From Paraspadella gotoi (Eukaryota > Animalia > Chaetognatha): DNA of 64,000 nucleotides. The translations under genes were made by a program, and so were the position numbers. This document shows, piece after piece, positions 50,328 to 62,770 of this stretch. The notes beneath the pieces were generated by a model. The model was given only the letters and a program-made list of their open reading frames with translations. It searched no databases and was not told where the DNA came from. Position 1 is the stretch's first letter; each line of letters starts with the position of its first letter. The stretch lies in NCBI GenBank assembly GCA_051294375.1, contig CM119270.1:20544417-20608416 (forward strand), written 5' to 3'.

Positions 50328-51357
50328 TTTAGTCTGATCTGCTTATCAGCAGATTCCGACTCTATAATTCACTTTGTCGGTTCGTCGGTCCCACCCCAAA
50401 ATTTTGTCGGTAAATCATTATTATCATATCAGAACCTCAAATTATGATAAATTATGTAAAAAAATTATGTCCGTCCGTCCATCCGTCCCCCCTTAGGAAA
50501 AAACTCCAATTACTCATGATTGGATTGATGGATTGGTAAGAAATTTTGTGTGTGAGTAGGAAGCTGTGTGATTGAGATGGATATGAAGTTTCGATAAAAT
50601 CGTGCCAGTGGAAATTGGTTTAAATGGAAAAATCAAAAAAAATATATTTCCCTATTTGAACGCCAATTGCTCATGAGTGGATAGGGCAATTGACTTAAAA
50701 TTTTGTATGATGGTAGGAAAGTGTGTGATTAAGCTGGATATAAAGTTTTGACGGAATCGTGAGAGTGGAAATGAGTTAAAATGGAAAAAACAAAAGTCAT
50801 ATTTACTTGAAGTATTTTTACTTAAATTCACTCATAATTATTATGTTTATTAAAAATTGGATAGAAAAATTGAAATGGAATTTTGTGTGTGGGTAGAAAA
50901 GTATGTGATTAAGCTGGATATAAATTTTTTTATGGAATCGTAGGAGTGGAAAAGAGTTCAAATTAGAAAACCAAAAGACATATTTATTTGAATTTTTTAA
51001 AGTTTCTCTCTCTCTATCTCTCTCTGATTAATTGATTGATTGATTGATTGATTGATTGACCAAATTATGCCAATTGACAAAAATATGCCAGTTGACCAAA
51101 TTCTGCAAGTTGACCAAATTATGCCAGTTGACCAAATTATACCAGTTGACCTAATTTTGCAAGTTGACCAAATTATGTCAGTTGACCAAATTATGTCAGT
51201 TGACCAAATTATGCCAGCTGACAAAATTATGTCAGTTGACCAAATTATGCCAGTTGACCAAATAATGCAAGTTGATTAAATTATGCAAGTTGACCAAGTT
51301 AGCTTATTACCACTTAATTATCGTAGGCAGATCCGACATTGTTTGCTCAAAATTGTT
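50328..51357 (+). mobile_element. HINE/DINE-1-like element, family H1, inverted relative to 47493-48310, with an 18-bp internal repeat (gttgaccaaattatgcca)
   Basis: tttagtctgatctgcttatcagcagattccgactctataattcac ... gcagatccgacattgtttgctcaa. Confidence 0.75.
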
Positions 51358-52861
51358 TTATCACTATATCTCTCCCACATTTATTTATTTAATTTCTTTA
51401 ATTAAATTAAATCAATTAAATTCCTTTAATTTACATAATTCTATTTTTACTTTTAAATTTATTTACTGAATTTACATATTTATCTTATCTTATTTTATGT
51501 TATCTTATATTTATCCTAATTATTTTATTTATTTTAATTGAATAAATTTATAGTAAAAAGACTTTTGTTTTGTTGTGTTTATAATAAATTTGTAAACAAT
51601 AATACAATTTGTTTTCTTTCTTAATTAAATAAATTTAAATTTAATACAATACTTCAATTAATTTCATTTATGCATTTAATTTTATTCAAATAATTTTATT
51701 CAATTAATTTTATTTAATCCATTTCATTCTTTTTATTCAATTCATTTCATTTCGTTTTATTGATTCATTGTATTTTTTGAAGGTTTTACCATCAATGATT
51801 CCTTATCATCACATCAATAATTTGGTAATATCGCATCAATAATTTGTCATCATCATTGCATCAATGATTAGTTATCATCGCATCAATAACTTGTTATCAT
51901 TGCATTAATAATCAATTACTATTACGTCAATAATTCGTTATCACATCATTCTTTTTATTTTCTGATAAATATTAAGCAATGAATCATTGTGATTTTATTA
52001 TTTTTTCATTCATTTTCTCTGATAGTAATGTCTGGCGAGATCTTAATACTTCTACTTTTAGTTGCGGCGCGAGTATTCGCGAAGAAACTCGCGAAGTCAC
52101 TTTTCAGTCAGTTAGTCTGTCGGTCCTTTGGTTGGTCCCACTTGCATTATAATTGCATATATTTCCCCTATAATTACTTGGTCATTTGTTCAGACAAGAA
52201 AAAACCTCAAATTTAGGTACTGCTAGCACCGCTTTCAGGAAATCCAAAAGCTATAAACAAGGAACGGTTATTCCAAGGTATTGCGCCACATTACTTTTTT
52301 TTTAAAACAAAAGGCGGCGCCAGTAGTCGCCTAGATTTGATTTTAAACAAATGAGCAACAAACTATAGCCAAGTTATAAGCGTTTTTTACGTAAGGATAG
52401 ACATACTGATGGACCAACCGACCGACCAACCAACTAAAAAGTGACTTATAGAGTTGCTCCACGAGTATTTGCGGCGCAAATAAAAACAAAAGACGTAATT
52501 CCAATGCATGTGTGTCTTATAAAAACATGGGCTAAGAAAGTTATTGTAGTCATGTAGATATGTCATGTCACATCATGTTATGTTATGTGACATCATGTCA
52601 TATCATGTCATGAGAAATACACATTATAAGGCAGTAACTGCGGCGCAACACATTTGAATTACCATTCTTGTTTTTATAATTTCTTTATAATTCACTTTGT
52701 CGGTCTATCAGTTCACCCCCCCAAACTTGTTGGTCATTCACTGAGATCATGTCAGAACATCAAATTATAATAAATTACGCAGAAAATGAAGTCCGTCTGT
52801 CCATTCATCTGTCTGTCATTCCGTTTGTATGTCAGTCCAGCACTTTTAGCAATGAACGCCA

Positions 52862-53300
52862 ATTTCAATATGAAGCCAAAGTGTAATTTTATTATTAGAA
52901 TATAGATAAGAGAAGATGGTGTCAATTTTCAGACAGTGAATCAAAGCAGAAACAGAGGCTATTTATAAAATGTAAGTAGACGACGCCAGATTTCTCTTCC
53001 GGAATCTTCCTCTTCCTCTTCTGGAACCTTCTTTTCCTCTTTTAGATTTGGCTTCCGAAATCGTTTCAGAATCTTCTTCCTCTTCCTCCTCTGTTTCCAG
53101 GTTTCATTCATCTGTGATGATAGACCATTGTGTTTCATTTCTGCCGACTGAGTTATTTTAAACCGCTCTAGATTTCCTGGTCTCCATTGTATATTATGTA
53201 TATGTATATGTAAAAGCTTTGAAATTCTTATATTGATTGATTCTTTGTTAAATGTTAAATCCTTTGTCCAAAGCAAAGGCCACGCCAAACAGCCACAGCT
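52862..53300 (-). repeat. Diverged solo LTR or LTR fragment related to the Gypsy LTR at 15750-16177
   Basis: 52862-52970 aligns by eye with 15770-15880 (ttcaatatgaagccaaagtg...ttttatt...agaatatagat...gtgtcaa...cagtgaatcaa...tttata). The right boundary is uncertain. Confidence 0.65.
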
Positions 53301-53469
53301 AAAAAAAATATTTATTTTTTCTTTTGAATATATTCAACAGGGTTCTTACTTTAATTTTACCCCCCTAATTGATCCTTTGTAAGGCAAAGTTGTTTTACAA
53401 AATTGTTTTATTTTTTATTTAAGAAGAATCTTTAAGGATATTCCTAGGGGGCCAGTTCATTTTCCTTTA

Positions 53470-53690
53470 ATTTTACTTTCTTAGTCTCTTAATTATCACC
53501 TAAAACTATAAAAACTACTTTCTTTCACATTTAAAATTTCACTTAACTATCCCTTAGCTAATTGCATATTTATTCTTTAGTTAAAATTAAATGTTAAATT
53601 TCACCAATATTAGTTTTTCAAACTCTTTTATCTTTGTTGTACATTACAAAAATGTATCTTTATTATTTATTTATCCCTGTTGTTTCTGTA

Positions 53691-53729
<39 letters not shown>

Positions 53730-53836
53730 AACAAGTTTCACTTCTTTTCACAACTCACTCAATCTGCCCTCACCTTCAACCTGTCCTCACATCTGACCAC
53801 TATTCTGTCTCACCTCTTTATTGGAAAACTTTTACC

Positions 53837-53870
<34 letters not shown>

Positions 53871-54005
53871 CTCTTCTTTTACACAAACTTTTTAATGAAT
53901 GTCAAATGCTGATGAAGGCTTGAATCCAACAAGCCGAAACATGTCCGTTTCCTAATAAAAATCGATGTTAACAATTTTATAAATACTTTGCTTTCTCTAT
54001 TATAT
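53470..54005 (+). mobile_element. Solo Penelope pLTR
   Basis: Similar to 39914-40212 and to the reverse of 38420-38930 (ttgtacattacaaaaatgtatc...cacaactcactcaatctg...ctgatgaagg). Confidence 0.8.
53907..53950 (+). ncRNA. Minimal hammerhead ribozyme motif
   Basis: aaatg-CTGATGA-aggcttgaatccaacaagcc-GAAA-catgtc-cgttt; stem I aaatg/cgttt is possible. Confidence 0.8.
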
Positions 54006-54009
54006 AATG

Positions 54010-54775
54010 TCAACAATTTTTTTTGAATATTTTAAGTCTTTTTAATTTATTCGGATAGAGCTTAAAAAGTTAAGCAAAAAATATAATTACAACTTTTTAA
54101 AATTTTGATGTTTTATTACTAAAAATTAATAAAAACTGCTAAAATCATCGTATGATGATGATAATTTTTTTAAGGTTTTTCCCAATTTTAACCCACTTAT
54201 CATCAAAATATTGAAAAAAGAATTATACTTTGTATAGATAACTTTTCATAAGCTATCTGAATCTGCTTTTAAAAATACAAAATTCAAAAAAAGTTTTTGA
54301 CATTTCTATTTATAAATAAATATTAAAAAAATAATTACTAATGCTTCTAGCCATTTTAGAAAATTTTGGTCCATTGAAAGTTTTCTCAGAAATGTATGAA
54401 GTTTCATTTAGAAAGGTTCCCAAATCAAACCTCTGACCCACCTCCTTGACAAAGTTTGGCTCTAACAAGGAGCTTATAATTTATCTCTTTGTAGAATATG
54501 TTTATTATTTTCTATGCCTCTGCTCAGCAGGCCATTTTCGATATTCATTATTCTTCTTTCAATATTTTGATGATGAGTGGGACAAAATTGGGAAAAACCT
54601 TAAAAGATCATCATCATCATCATCCGATGATTTTAGCAGTTTTTATTAATTTTTAGTAATACAACATCAAATTTTTTAAAAGTTGTAATTATATTTTTTG
54701 CTTAACTTTTTAAGCTCTATCAGAATCAATTAAAAAAACTTAAAATATCCAAAAAAAATTTTTGACCTTATATAG
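54010..54775. repeat. Palindromic MITE arrangement (54010-54190 inverted at ~54585-54770)
   Basis: gatagagcttaaaaagttaagcaaaaaatataattacaact versus its reverse complement at ~54680-54720. Confidence 0.75.
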
Positions 54776-55079
54776 CAATATAATAATATTAATTAGCGAA
54801 TTACTCATGGTTCGGAACATTTTTGCAAAAAAATATTTTAATACAATAATTAATACCAATAATGGATTAGTTTAATACTGTTCCCATTAAAATTTGAATT
54901 TGGTCGGCTACTGCTATCATTAGGATAATGGGAGCATGAAGATGAAGTGCGGTTTTCTTCACAGAAGATACTCTCGACGATCTTTTGGTTCCGGTTGAAA
55001 TTGTATTTTGATGGAATCAGCAACGTCCTTGGCGACGGAACTGGTCGAGGAGCCAAAGGTGAAGGATCCGGCGAAGGAA

Positions 55080-55695
55080 ACGGCGCTGAAGTGGGAGGAG
55101 TCGGCGCGGCAGATGATGGAGTCGGCGCGGCAGACGAAGGAGTCGGCGAGGCAGACGATGGAGTCGGCGCGGCAGACGATGGAGTCGGCGAGGCAGACGA
55201 TGGAGTCGGCGCGGTAGACGAAGGAGTCGGCGATGGAGAAGGAGACGGCGATGGAGCTGGAGAAGGAGACGGGCGATGGAGCTTGGAAAAAGAGACGGCG
55301 ATGGAGCTGGAGAAGGAGACGGCGATGGAGCTGGAGAAGGAGACGGGATGGCGTGCGGAAAGGAGACGGCGATGGAAGCTGGGAGGATGAGAAGGAGACG
55401 GTGATGGAGCTGGAGAAAGAGACGGCAATGGGAGAAGGAATTAGCGATGGAGCTGGAGAAAGGAGACGGCGATGGAGAGGAGATGGCGATGGAGCTGAGA
55501 AGGAGACGGCGATGGAGAAGGAGATGGCGATGGAGCTGGAGTAGGAGACGGCATGGAGCTGGAGAAGGCGATGGAGCTGGAGAAGGAGCAGCGATGGAGA
55601 AGGCGATGGAGCTGGAGAAGCAGACGGGCGATGGAGCTGGAGAAGCAGACGGCGGGATGGAGCTGGAGAAGGAGACGGCGATGGAGCTGGAGAAG
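55080..55695 (-). repeat. 21/24-bp coding-like tandem repeats (Pro/Ser-rich on the minus strand)
   Basis: Plus-strand units gatggagtcggcgcggcagac and gatggagctggagaaggagacggc; the minus strand reads PTPSSAA / SPAPSPSP. Confidence 0.85.
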
Positions 55696-57530
55696 AAAAT
55701 CCTTGGATTCCGTAAAAGCTTCGGTTCCCTTCAGTCGATCTTTTCCAGAGAAATAAATGATCGAATAAAAAGTGAGGCGGTTTTCGAGCGAGAGAAAACC
55801 ACGAGAAAGCGACGAGAACGGTGAAAAGACTGAAAAGTCTGAAAAGGTCAACTGAATGACTGGGGAAAAATAACCGGACGCGAGGTCACAAAAACTTTCA
55901 CTCTTACTCTAAATTTATAATTTTAAGAAATGCATCGTCTCTCTGATCATGTAATTATTAGCTTACGAAACTACACAAATATGAAACATTTACAATAAGT
56001 GTTTAATTATACCAAACCTTATATTTGTATTATACTGTATTTACTTTTTGGCATTTAAAGAATTAGTAACTTAATGAAAGAGCGACTGAGTGAAAAGTGA
56101 CTTTCTTAACAATCAGCGTAACTAAAAAAACAGTTTTTTTAATAAAAGAAGTGAAAATATTTACTTTTTATAGTCGAAAAGGTGCACATAAATCACCAAT
56201 TTTCTATGAAAATTAACCCTCAAATACTCTAAAATAGTAATCCGCACAACTTCACAATTTTACGGATATAATTATTGCAACAATGATTTTACGAAGTATT
56301 TCATTATCACTGAAGTCTTCATAGCCGCTGATTCTTGCGTGAAGCAAAACTTCTTTGTGAACGTTGAACAGCTCAGCCTCCATTCCGACGTCACGTGACT
56401 CAGAGTCTTGAAGGATCGAACATTTCATGTTGGACAATTTATTTCCGACGCCGACGGAAAAGAACAGATCGAGAACAGACATCCCGGACTGAGGCGGATT
56501 CATTAAGATTTAAACGTTAGCAGTTTGTATTTATCAATTTATAACAAATGTCGCTTGTAGCGTCTATTTCTTTCCGTTGCTTAAGTTTTGGTTTTGTTTT
56601 GTTTTTATTTCTATTGGTCTGTTTCCATATTTTTTTCTATCCTTTCTTCCAGTCATTCGTCAAGGTTTTAAGCATTCATTTATTAATTACTTAGAGATAA
56701 GAAAAAAAGGATCATACCGAAGTTCCGGATTTGAAACAATAGTGACTGATCTTTCCTCTCCTCCATTGATACTCCCATTGATTAGTAATGAGAGATTTTT
56801 TAGTGATAGTCTTTGTCCCGTTTGACCAGAGAATTTTCATAATAACTGGCTCAAGATGAACTCCATAGCTGAAAAAAAAAAATTAAAAAAGGTTTTGGAC
56901 AATACTTTTGGTCAGTTTGTTAACTGGTGGTTTATTATATAAAATCTTCAAAATCTGCAAAATTATTTGATTCAATATTTTCTATTTTTAAATTTTATAA
57001 AGGTTTTACTATTTCGTATATATTATTTATATATATATTGTTTTTTTTTTAAATTTTTTACTTATCATTATATCAAATAATTTATTTGGGAGGGGGAGGT
57101 CAGTGTTGTCTTCTGGAAATAGAGGGAACATCTATACAACACAAGGTTAGACTACAATCTGTCCTAGTTTTCTAATAGATATCCTATATTAATTATTATA
57201 TATATTAGTTTCTCTCACTCAAAAATTGCCAAAGTGACGAAAGGGAATTCCGTATATTTGTGAAACATTACAAAGTCATGTTGACTTTGATTTCGCCAAA
57301 TCTTGCCGCCATTTATGAGACGTTCAAATTCGCGTCCGTGACTTTTGACGAAGACTGCCTCGTCGTTTCCGATATTTTGCGTTAGGTTTAATTTTTCCGT
57401 TCGCCTGTTGAGGCCCAGGAATTAAAAGAATTCAATAAAAACTGTTAAAAAAATTTGTAATCACACGAGAGAGACACGTTTGTATGATCGCTATTAGAAG
57501 TTTTTAATTATTAATTATGTATAAATTCAT

Positions 57531-58016
57531 TCATTCCATCATTTGAGCTAAATTTTTAATTGCTATTTGAATAAAGATATTTGAATAAAGATATTCATAC
57601 CATTTAAAGTGACGAGGGACAAAAATTCTGTGCTTAGTTTTAGAGAACCAAGTATTTAATGATCCTATAGCCAAGCCCTGATACAGATTAAAATCGGAAA
57701 TCTTCACTGAGTAAAGTCCATCGGGCCATATCCCTTTTAGTAAAAGGAGAGTCTGCCTAATTCTAATACTATTTGTTAGTCCAAAATCATTTTGTACATG
57801 GACGTGCATCATTGTGGGGTCTTCGCTTATTTTTTTGTATATCAATACTGCAGAATTCCAATAGTCTCCAAGTGCATGCGACCAGACACTAAAAAAAATA
57901 TAAGAATATTTTTTAGATAAAAAAAATTTCTTTGTTTTTCCAACGAATTTTTTTAAGATTTGTAAAATTGAGCCCAGGAAAACTATGATTTGGTGTTTCA
58001 CTGCATCGACCAACAT
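57531..58016 (-). CDS. 161-aa minus-strand ORF of unknown function (may contain a short intron)
   Basis: ATG-initiated, non-repetitive frame in AT-rich DNA, in tandem with the gene above. Confidence 0.4.
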   Translation of the reverse strand: MLVDAVKHQIIVFLGSILQILKKFVGKTKKFFLSKKYSYIFFSVWSHALGDYWNSAVLIYKKISEDPTMMHVHVQNDFGLTNSIRIRQTLLLLKGIWPDGLYSVKISDFNLYQGLAIGSLNTWFSKTKHRIFVPRHFKWYEYLYSNIFIQIAIKNLAQMME

Positions 58017-58258
58017 TTTGAAAGAAAAGATATATAACGATTATTTTTAGTTATGATTAGTTATGATATTTTCTTTTGTTTTTTTTATATTTATATTGTG
58101 TTGTTTATATATTTTAAAACATAATATATTTCAGACTGATAAAATTCATTTTTTAACTAGAATTAATCAGAAAACAAAAACCAGCAGGTATAAGATTTTT
58201 CGCCTTTTATTTGCTCGTAGTTCAGGTGATTAACAGCAAGCAGCTTATGGTTTATCAC

Positions 58259-60076
58259 TTAGCTGTACAGTGTACAGCATAATATAAAATAACAAGTGCT
58301 ACACGACAAACATCTTTGTGTTAGTTTGTTACTGACTTTTTGACAGTCAAACCTGGTGAAATTAATTGATGCGTTATCAATCGAAGCCTCTATATTAAAA
58401 GAGATTCCACAAATGTGACGGCGAAAAAAAAATTCAAAACCAAATTCAGGAACATCCATCCACGATACTTTCATTGTTTGGTTCCATTGGATAACAGCGC
58501 CGTGTTCAGAGAAAATTCCATAGGGAGGAATAAATTTAGAAACTCCAGATGGATGTGAATAAAACTGGTAAAAAAAATATTATCTAAATGCATTTTAGAA
58601 ATGTTCAATTTGATATAGTTTATATAGTAACTCCACAGCCCAAAAAACTTTTAGGACTGATAATTATTATGTATAATGTTAAAATCTCAGCCAAAAGTAC
58701 ATGCGAGATTGGTTGAATGATTTCTCCAGCATAGGGCAAAGCAATTTTTCGCTTTGAACAGAGCGGAAATTTATTTTCCTCCTTGATGTCCCCACTCATC
58801 AATAGTTCCAATATGTGAAAGGATTGCAAGATATCAGAAAAAGAAATAGTTTGCCTCCTCAAAAATCCAAGATCTTGCAACGAAACGTCTTCAAACAAAG
58901 TTTCTGGGTTTGAAAAAAAAAAGAAGAAAAACTATGATTCAAAAGAAAATTATTTTCAATCATTATATCATTATAGGAAGTCTAAGAATCCAGAAATATG
59001 GAATCAAATGGAATCGCATGGAACCGGATCAAAAACTTATATTATATATATTATTATATCATATATAATTACATTCAAGCTCAGCTCAATGTCTTTACCC
59101 ACTCACCCTTCTCCAGAGATTGACGTAATTGTTCCAACCGTCTCAACGCGGCCTCGCGTCCCCGAACAAAACGTTCATCCTCTTCAACTGCCGCAATCTT
59201 TGCCTCGACTCTCCGCAACTCGTTCGTTGGAGACTCAATGGAGGCGAACGAACAGAAGTCAAGATCTTCGTTGATCAACCAACGAGTTTTCGATGAGAAA
59301 ATTGTCAAGTTTGCCTTATAAAAGAATTCAAAACTGTGGGACAAGTTCGATTATCATTGAATGTTATATTGGTATAGTATTACTTATTTATTGAACAATC
59401 TATTTATTTACTTGTTTATTAAAATAACCATTATTTTCCCCTTTTTTTTCACCTGATTTGTCTCCATTTCATCTTTCATATCTTCCTCCAGCCGCTTGTC
59501 AATTGCCGCTCTGAGTTGAATCCTCTCCATCGTCGTCTCCACATCTTCCTCCAAGTTGAAGACATGTTCCAGCCAACCTTGCCATCCATCGATTGCTTTC
59601 TGGAGGTCGGGATGAAGAGGAGTTGGAGATGATTCTGATGGAGTTGAATATAAATTTATGGGATAGTCGCTGTTGCTGTTGTTTTGAAGGTTGATGCCAC
59701 AATGTCACAAAGACACGTTCATAAATCATTTCATAGAATGAACTATAATAGGATCTGACATTAAATGCTTGCTATTAGTGTTAGTGATTCTAAGCATTAT
59801 CCTTTTTCTCTTACCAGAGTTCAGTTTTGCAATTACTTCGCGAATGACCATAACAGAGACTACAAAAATTATAAAGGACGCGACGCCCACGCCTCCCGTT
59901 TGCAACAAACGACGCCGAAGCAACCGGCGCTCTTCGAGGCGCCGTGAGTGTCGACGCTGCAGATGGCGTTGACGTTCTGGCGGCGTCATGGAGGCGAGAG
60001 CGAGGCGTCGTCGTTTGTGGCGCTTGAACGAGATAGTTGGCGCTGTGTTCGAATTTTGAAAGGTCACCACGTCCAT
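58259..60076 (-). CDS. Unrecognised spliced gene or pseudogene: Arg-rich N-terminus, one TM, coiled-coil, Cys-containing C-terminus. Exons ~60076-59815, 59754-59453, 59314-59107, 58903-58632, 58564-58259.
   Basis: GTAAG donor with CACTAAC branch point; CAG|GTGAAA to TAAG acceptor (phase 0); GTGAGT donor to CCCAG acceptor (phase 1); GT donor (weak) to ACCAG acceptor (phase 0). The frame breaks near 59700-59730. Confidence 0.55.
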
Positions 60077-60447
60077 TTTATGAGTGAACTTTGCCAGAAG
60101 ACGAATCAAAAATGACTAATTCAGGAATGCGGGTTTTTAAAAGAAAAGTGAGCGCATGTGATCTTGATTTTCTTCTTCGGAATAAATGGATGATTTTTCA
60201 TACTCCAGGTTTGGGAAAATACTAAACACGGGAGGCTTTAAACAAAATTGGGTGTGATTCTACATACGAGATAATTATATAAGTTTCAATCGGATAAAAG
60301 TCGGGGAAGGTTTAGTTCTTAATAATTTTGTTTGTAGTCTAGAAATAAGTATTTGATATATTAACATATAACTTTCTAAAAAAAAAACACTGTTCTTTCT
60401 CAACTCTGTGTTGGAAACTTTTGCCCCCCCCTCTCTCTCTCTCTTTC

Positions 60448-60571
<124 letters not shown>

Positions 60572-60584
60572 ACAAATCATAATG

Positions 60585-60625
60585 ACGCTGATGAAGGCTT
60601 GAATTAAAAGCCGAAACATATACGT
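60585..60625 (+). ncRNA. Minimal hammerhead ribozyme motif at the end of a (CT)n pLTR remnant
   Basis: acg-CTGATGA-aggcttgaattaaaagcc-GAAA-catat-a-cgt; stem I acg/cgt. Confidence 0.7.
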
Positions 60626-61162
60626 TTTCTATTAAAAATGAATTCGTTGACGAAATAAATTTCAAACTTTTTCTTAATCATATACACAACGAAAATAAAG
60701 GAATATAGAACACAAAGAATAGAAAAAATAATAGTGCTCCTCTTTTCTAATCTATCTTTAACCCACCCGTGTCGGCACACCCCGATTTTCGAGGGGCGTA
60801 TTTTTTTTCCTTTTTATTTCTTTGCTTCGCTTTAAAGATTTGGCTTCGCGCGAGATTTAATTTTTAAAAAAGAACCACTTGAGGCTGTTCTTTTGTTTTT
60901 CGGTCGACCACGAATCCGTCATTCAAATTGACAATTATTCCTGCTAAATAGCAACTGCCCCAACGACTATTCACGCGGACTGACAAAACAATTAAATCTT
61001 GTATGTTAATTGAACGAAATATTAAATTAATTTTAACTTCATATGAACCTTATTAACTTTTTTTTTCCTCTTTTTTCTCATTTTATTTTCACAGTTTATA
61101 TTCTTCACTAACGTTCATTGGGGCCGTAAAAAACCTAACTTCCGGCTTTTTTGGGGCTGTCT

Positions 61163-61283
<121 letters not shown>

Positions 61284-61354
61284 TTCTACTTCCTCTCGGA
61301 TGGGACGGTCAAATTTAGAACCTCTCTCTCTTCTCTCTCTCTCTCTCTCTCTTT

Positions 61355-62100
61355 TCTCTGGTTGACGATGTTGTCACTTGTGTAGAAGGCGTCAAAAACC
61401 AAGAAAAAGTTCTTGAAAAATTAGACGATTGGGCTGCTAGACACAAACTAGAATGGGGTCAAAGCAAGACAATGGTAATGGCAAATTGGGAAAATAGTGG
61501 ACAAACGAGAAAATGGAAACTTGGAAATATAAAAATTGAAAATTGCAACTTCATATAAGTATCTAGGAGATATTATAAGTAAAGATGGTAAAAATACAGA
61601 AAACTTAGAAAACCGAAAGAAAAAATTACAAATGAACAATCGGAAAATTAACACAATGTCCTCAAATGAAGTTATGAAACAAAATAGAGACATCTGTTCT
61701 TATCGAACTTCATGAAAAGATTAATGTTACTGGTTTGCTTACAAACTCTGAAACATGGACACTGAACAAAAAAGAACAGAAGATCTAGAACAAATAGAAA
61801 TACAAGCAATCAAACAATTATTTTCACTCCCACTTTCAATACCAACACCAGCGATAATTTACAGCTTCGGTCTTTTGTACACAACTTGCCGAGTTCATCT
61901 CAAACAATTGCTTTATCTCCATAAAATCTTAAACCAAAATCAAACACATTGGACCTTACAACTTTTTAATCTGTTAGATGAAATGAACATTGGATGGACC
62001 AAAAATATAAAAGAAAACTAGTTAAATATAAATTAACCACTGATTTCAACTCAATTAAAAATAAATCAAAAAATCAATGGAAAATCGAAGTAAAAAAGAG
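61355..62100 (+). mobile_element. 5'-truncated non-LTR retrotransposon (LINE) RT C-terminal fragment
   Basis: VDDVVTCVEG...KLEWGQSKTMVM...YKYLGDII...LLTNSETW...QAIKQLFSLPLSIPTPAIIYSFG across frameshifts. Confidence 0.85.
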
Positions 62101-62770
62101 AATAAAAAAATTAATAAACAAATAAAAAGAAAATATGAAGAGGAAGAATAAAAATAAAATATAGTTAAAGGACGAAAAAAGGGATAGAAGATAGAAGGAA
62201 TGATTATTTTTTAATTATTTATAAGTTCATAAAATTCATGAAAAAATTCTAAAATTGATCANNNNNNNNNNNNNNNNNNNNNNNNNNNNNNNNNNNNNNN
62301 NNNNNNNNNNNNNNNNNNNNNNNNNNNNNNNNNNNNNNNNNNNNNNNNNNNNNNNNNNNNNNNNNNNNNNNNNNNNNNNNNNNNNNNNNNNNNNNNNNNN
62401 NNNNNNNNNNNNNNNNNNNNNNNNNNNNNNNNNNNNNNNNNNNNNNNNNNNNNNNNNNNNNNNNNNNNNNNNNNNNNNNNNNNNNNNNNNNNNNNNNNNN
62501 NNNNNNNNNNNNNNNNNNNNNNNNNNNNNNNNNCATTATGAGCAGAATAAATCAAATCAAATCAAATCTCTCTATCTCTCTATCTCTCTCTCTATGTAAA
62601 GTAAAGATTGATCAATTTTAGAATTTTTTATGAATTTTATGAACTTAAATAATTAAAAAATAAGTCATTCCTTCTATCTTCTATCCCTTTTTTCGTCCTT
62701 AATCTATATTTTATTTTATTCTTCCTCTTCATATTTTCTTTTTATTTATTTTATTTATTATTTATTTTCT
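62100..62770. repeat. Inverted duplication flanking the gap at 62262-62533 (likely artefact)
   Basis: ~62110-62261 is the reverse complement of ~62608-62760. Confidence 0.8.

Noticed and set aside
54947-55824. Plus-strand MELEKETA / GVGAADD repeat ORFs
   Set aside because: Probable antisense shadows of the repeat. The minus Pro/Ser frame joins unique sequence and matches the orientation of neighbouring ORFs, though this is not proven.
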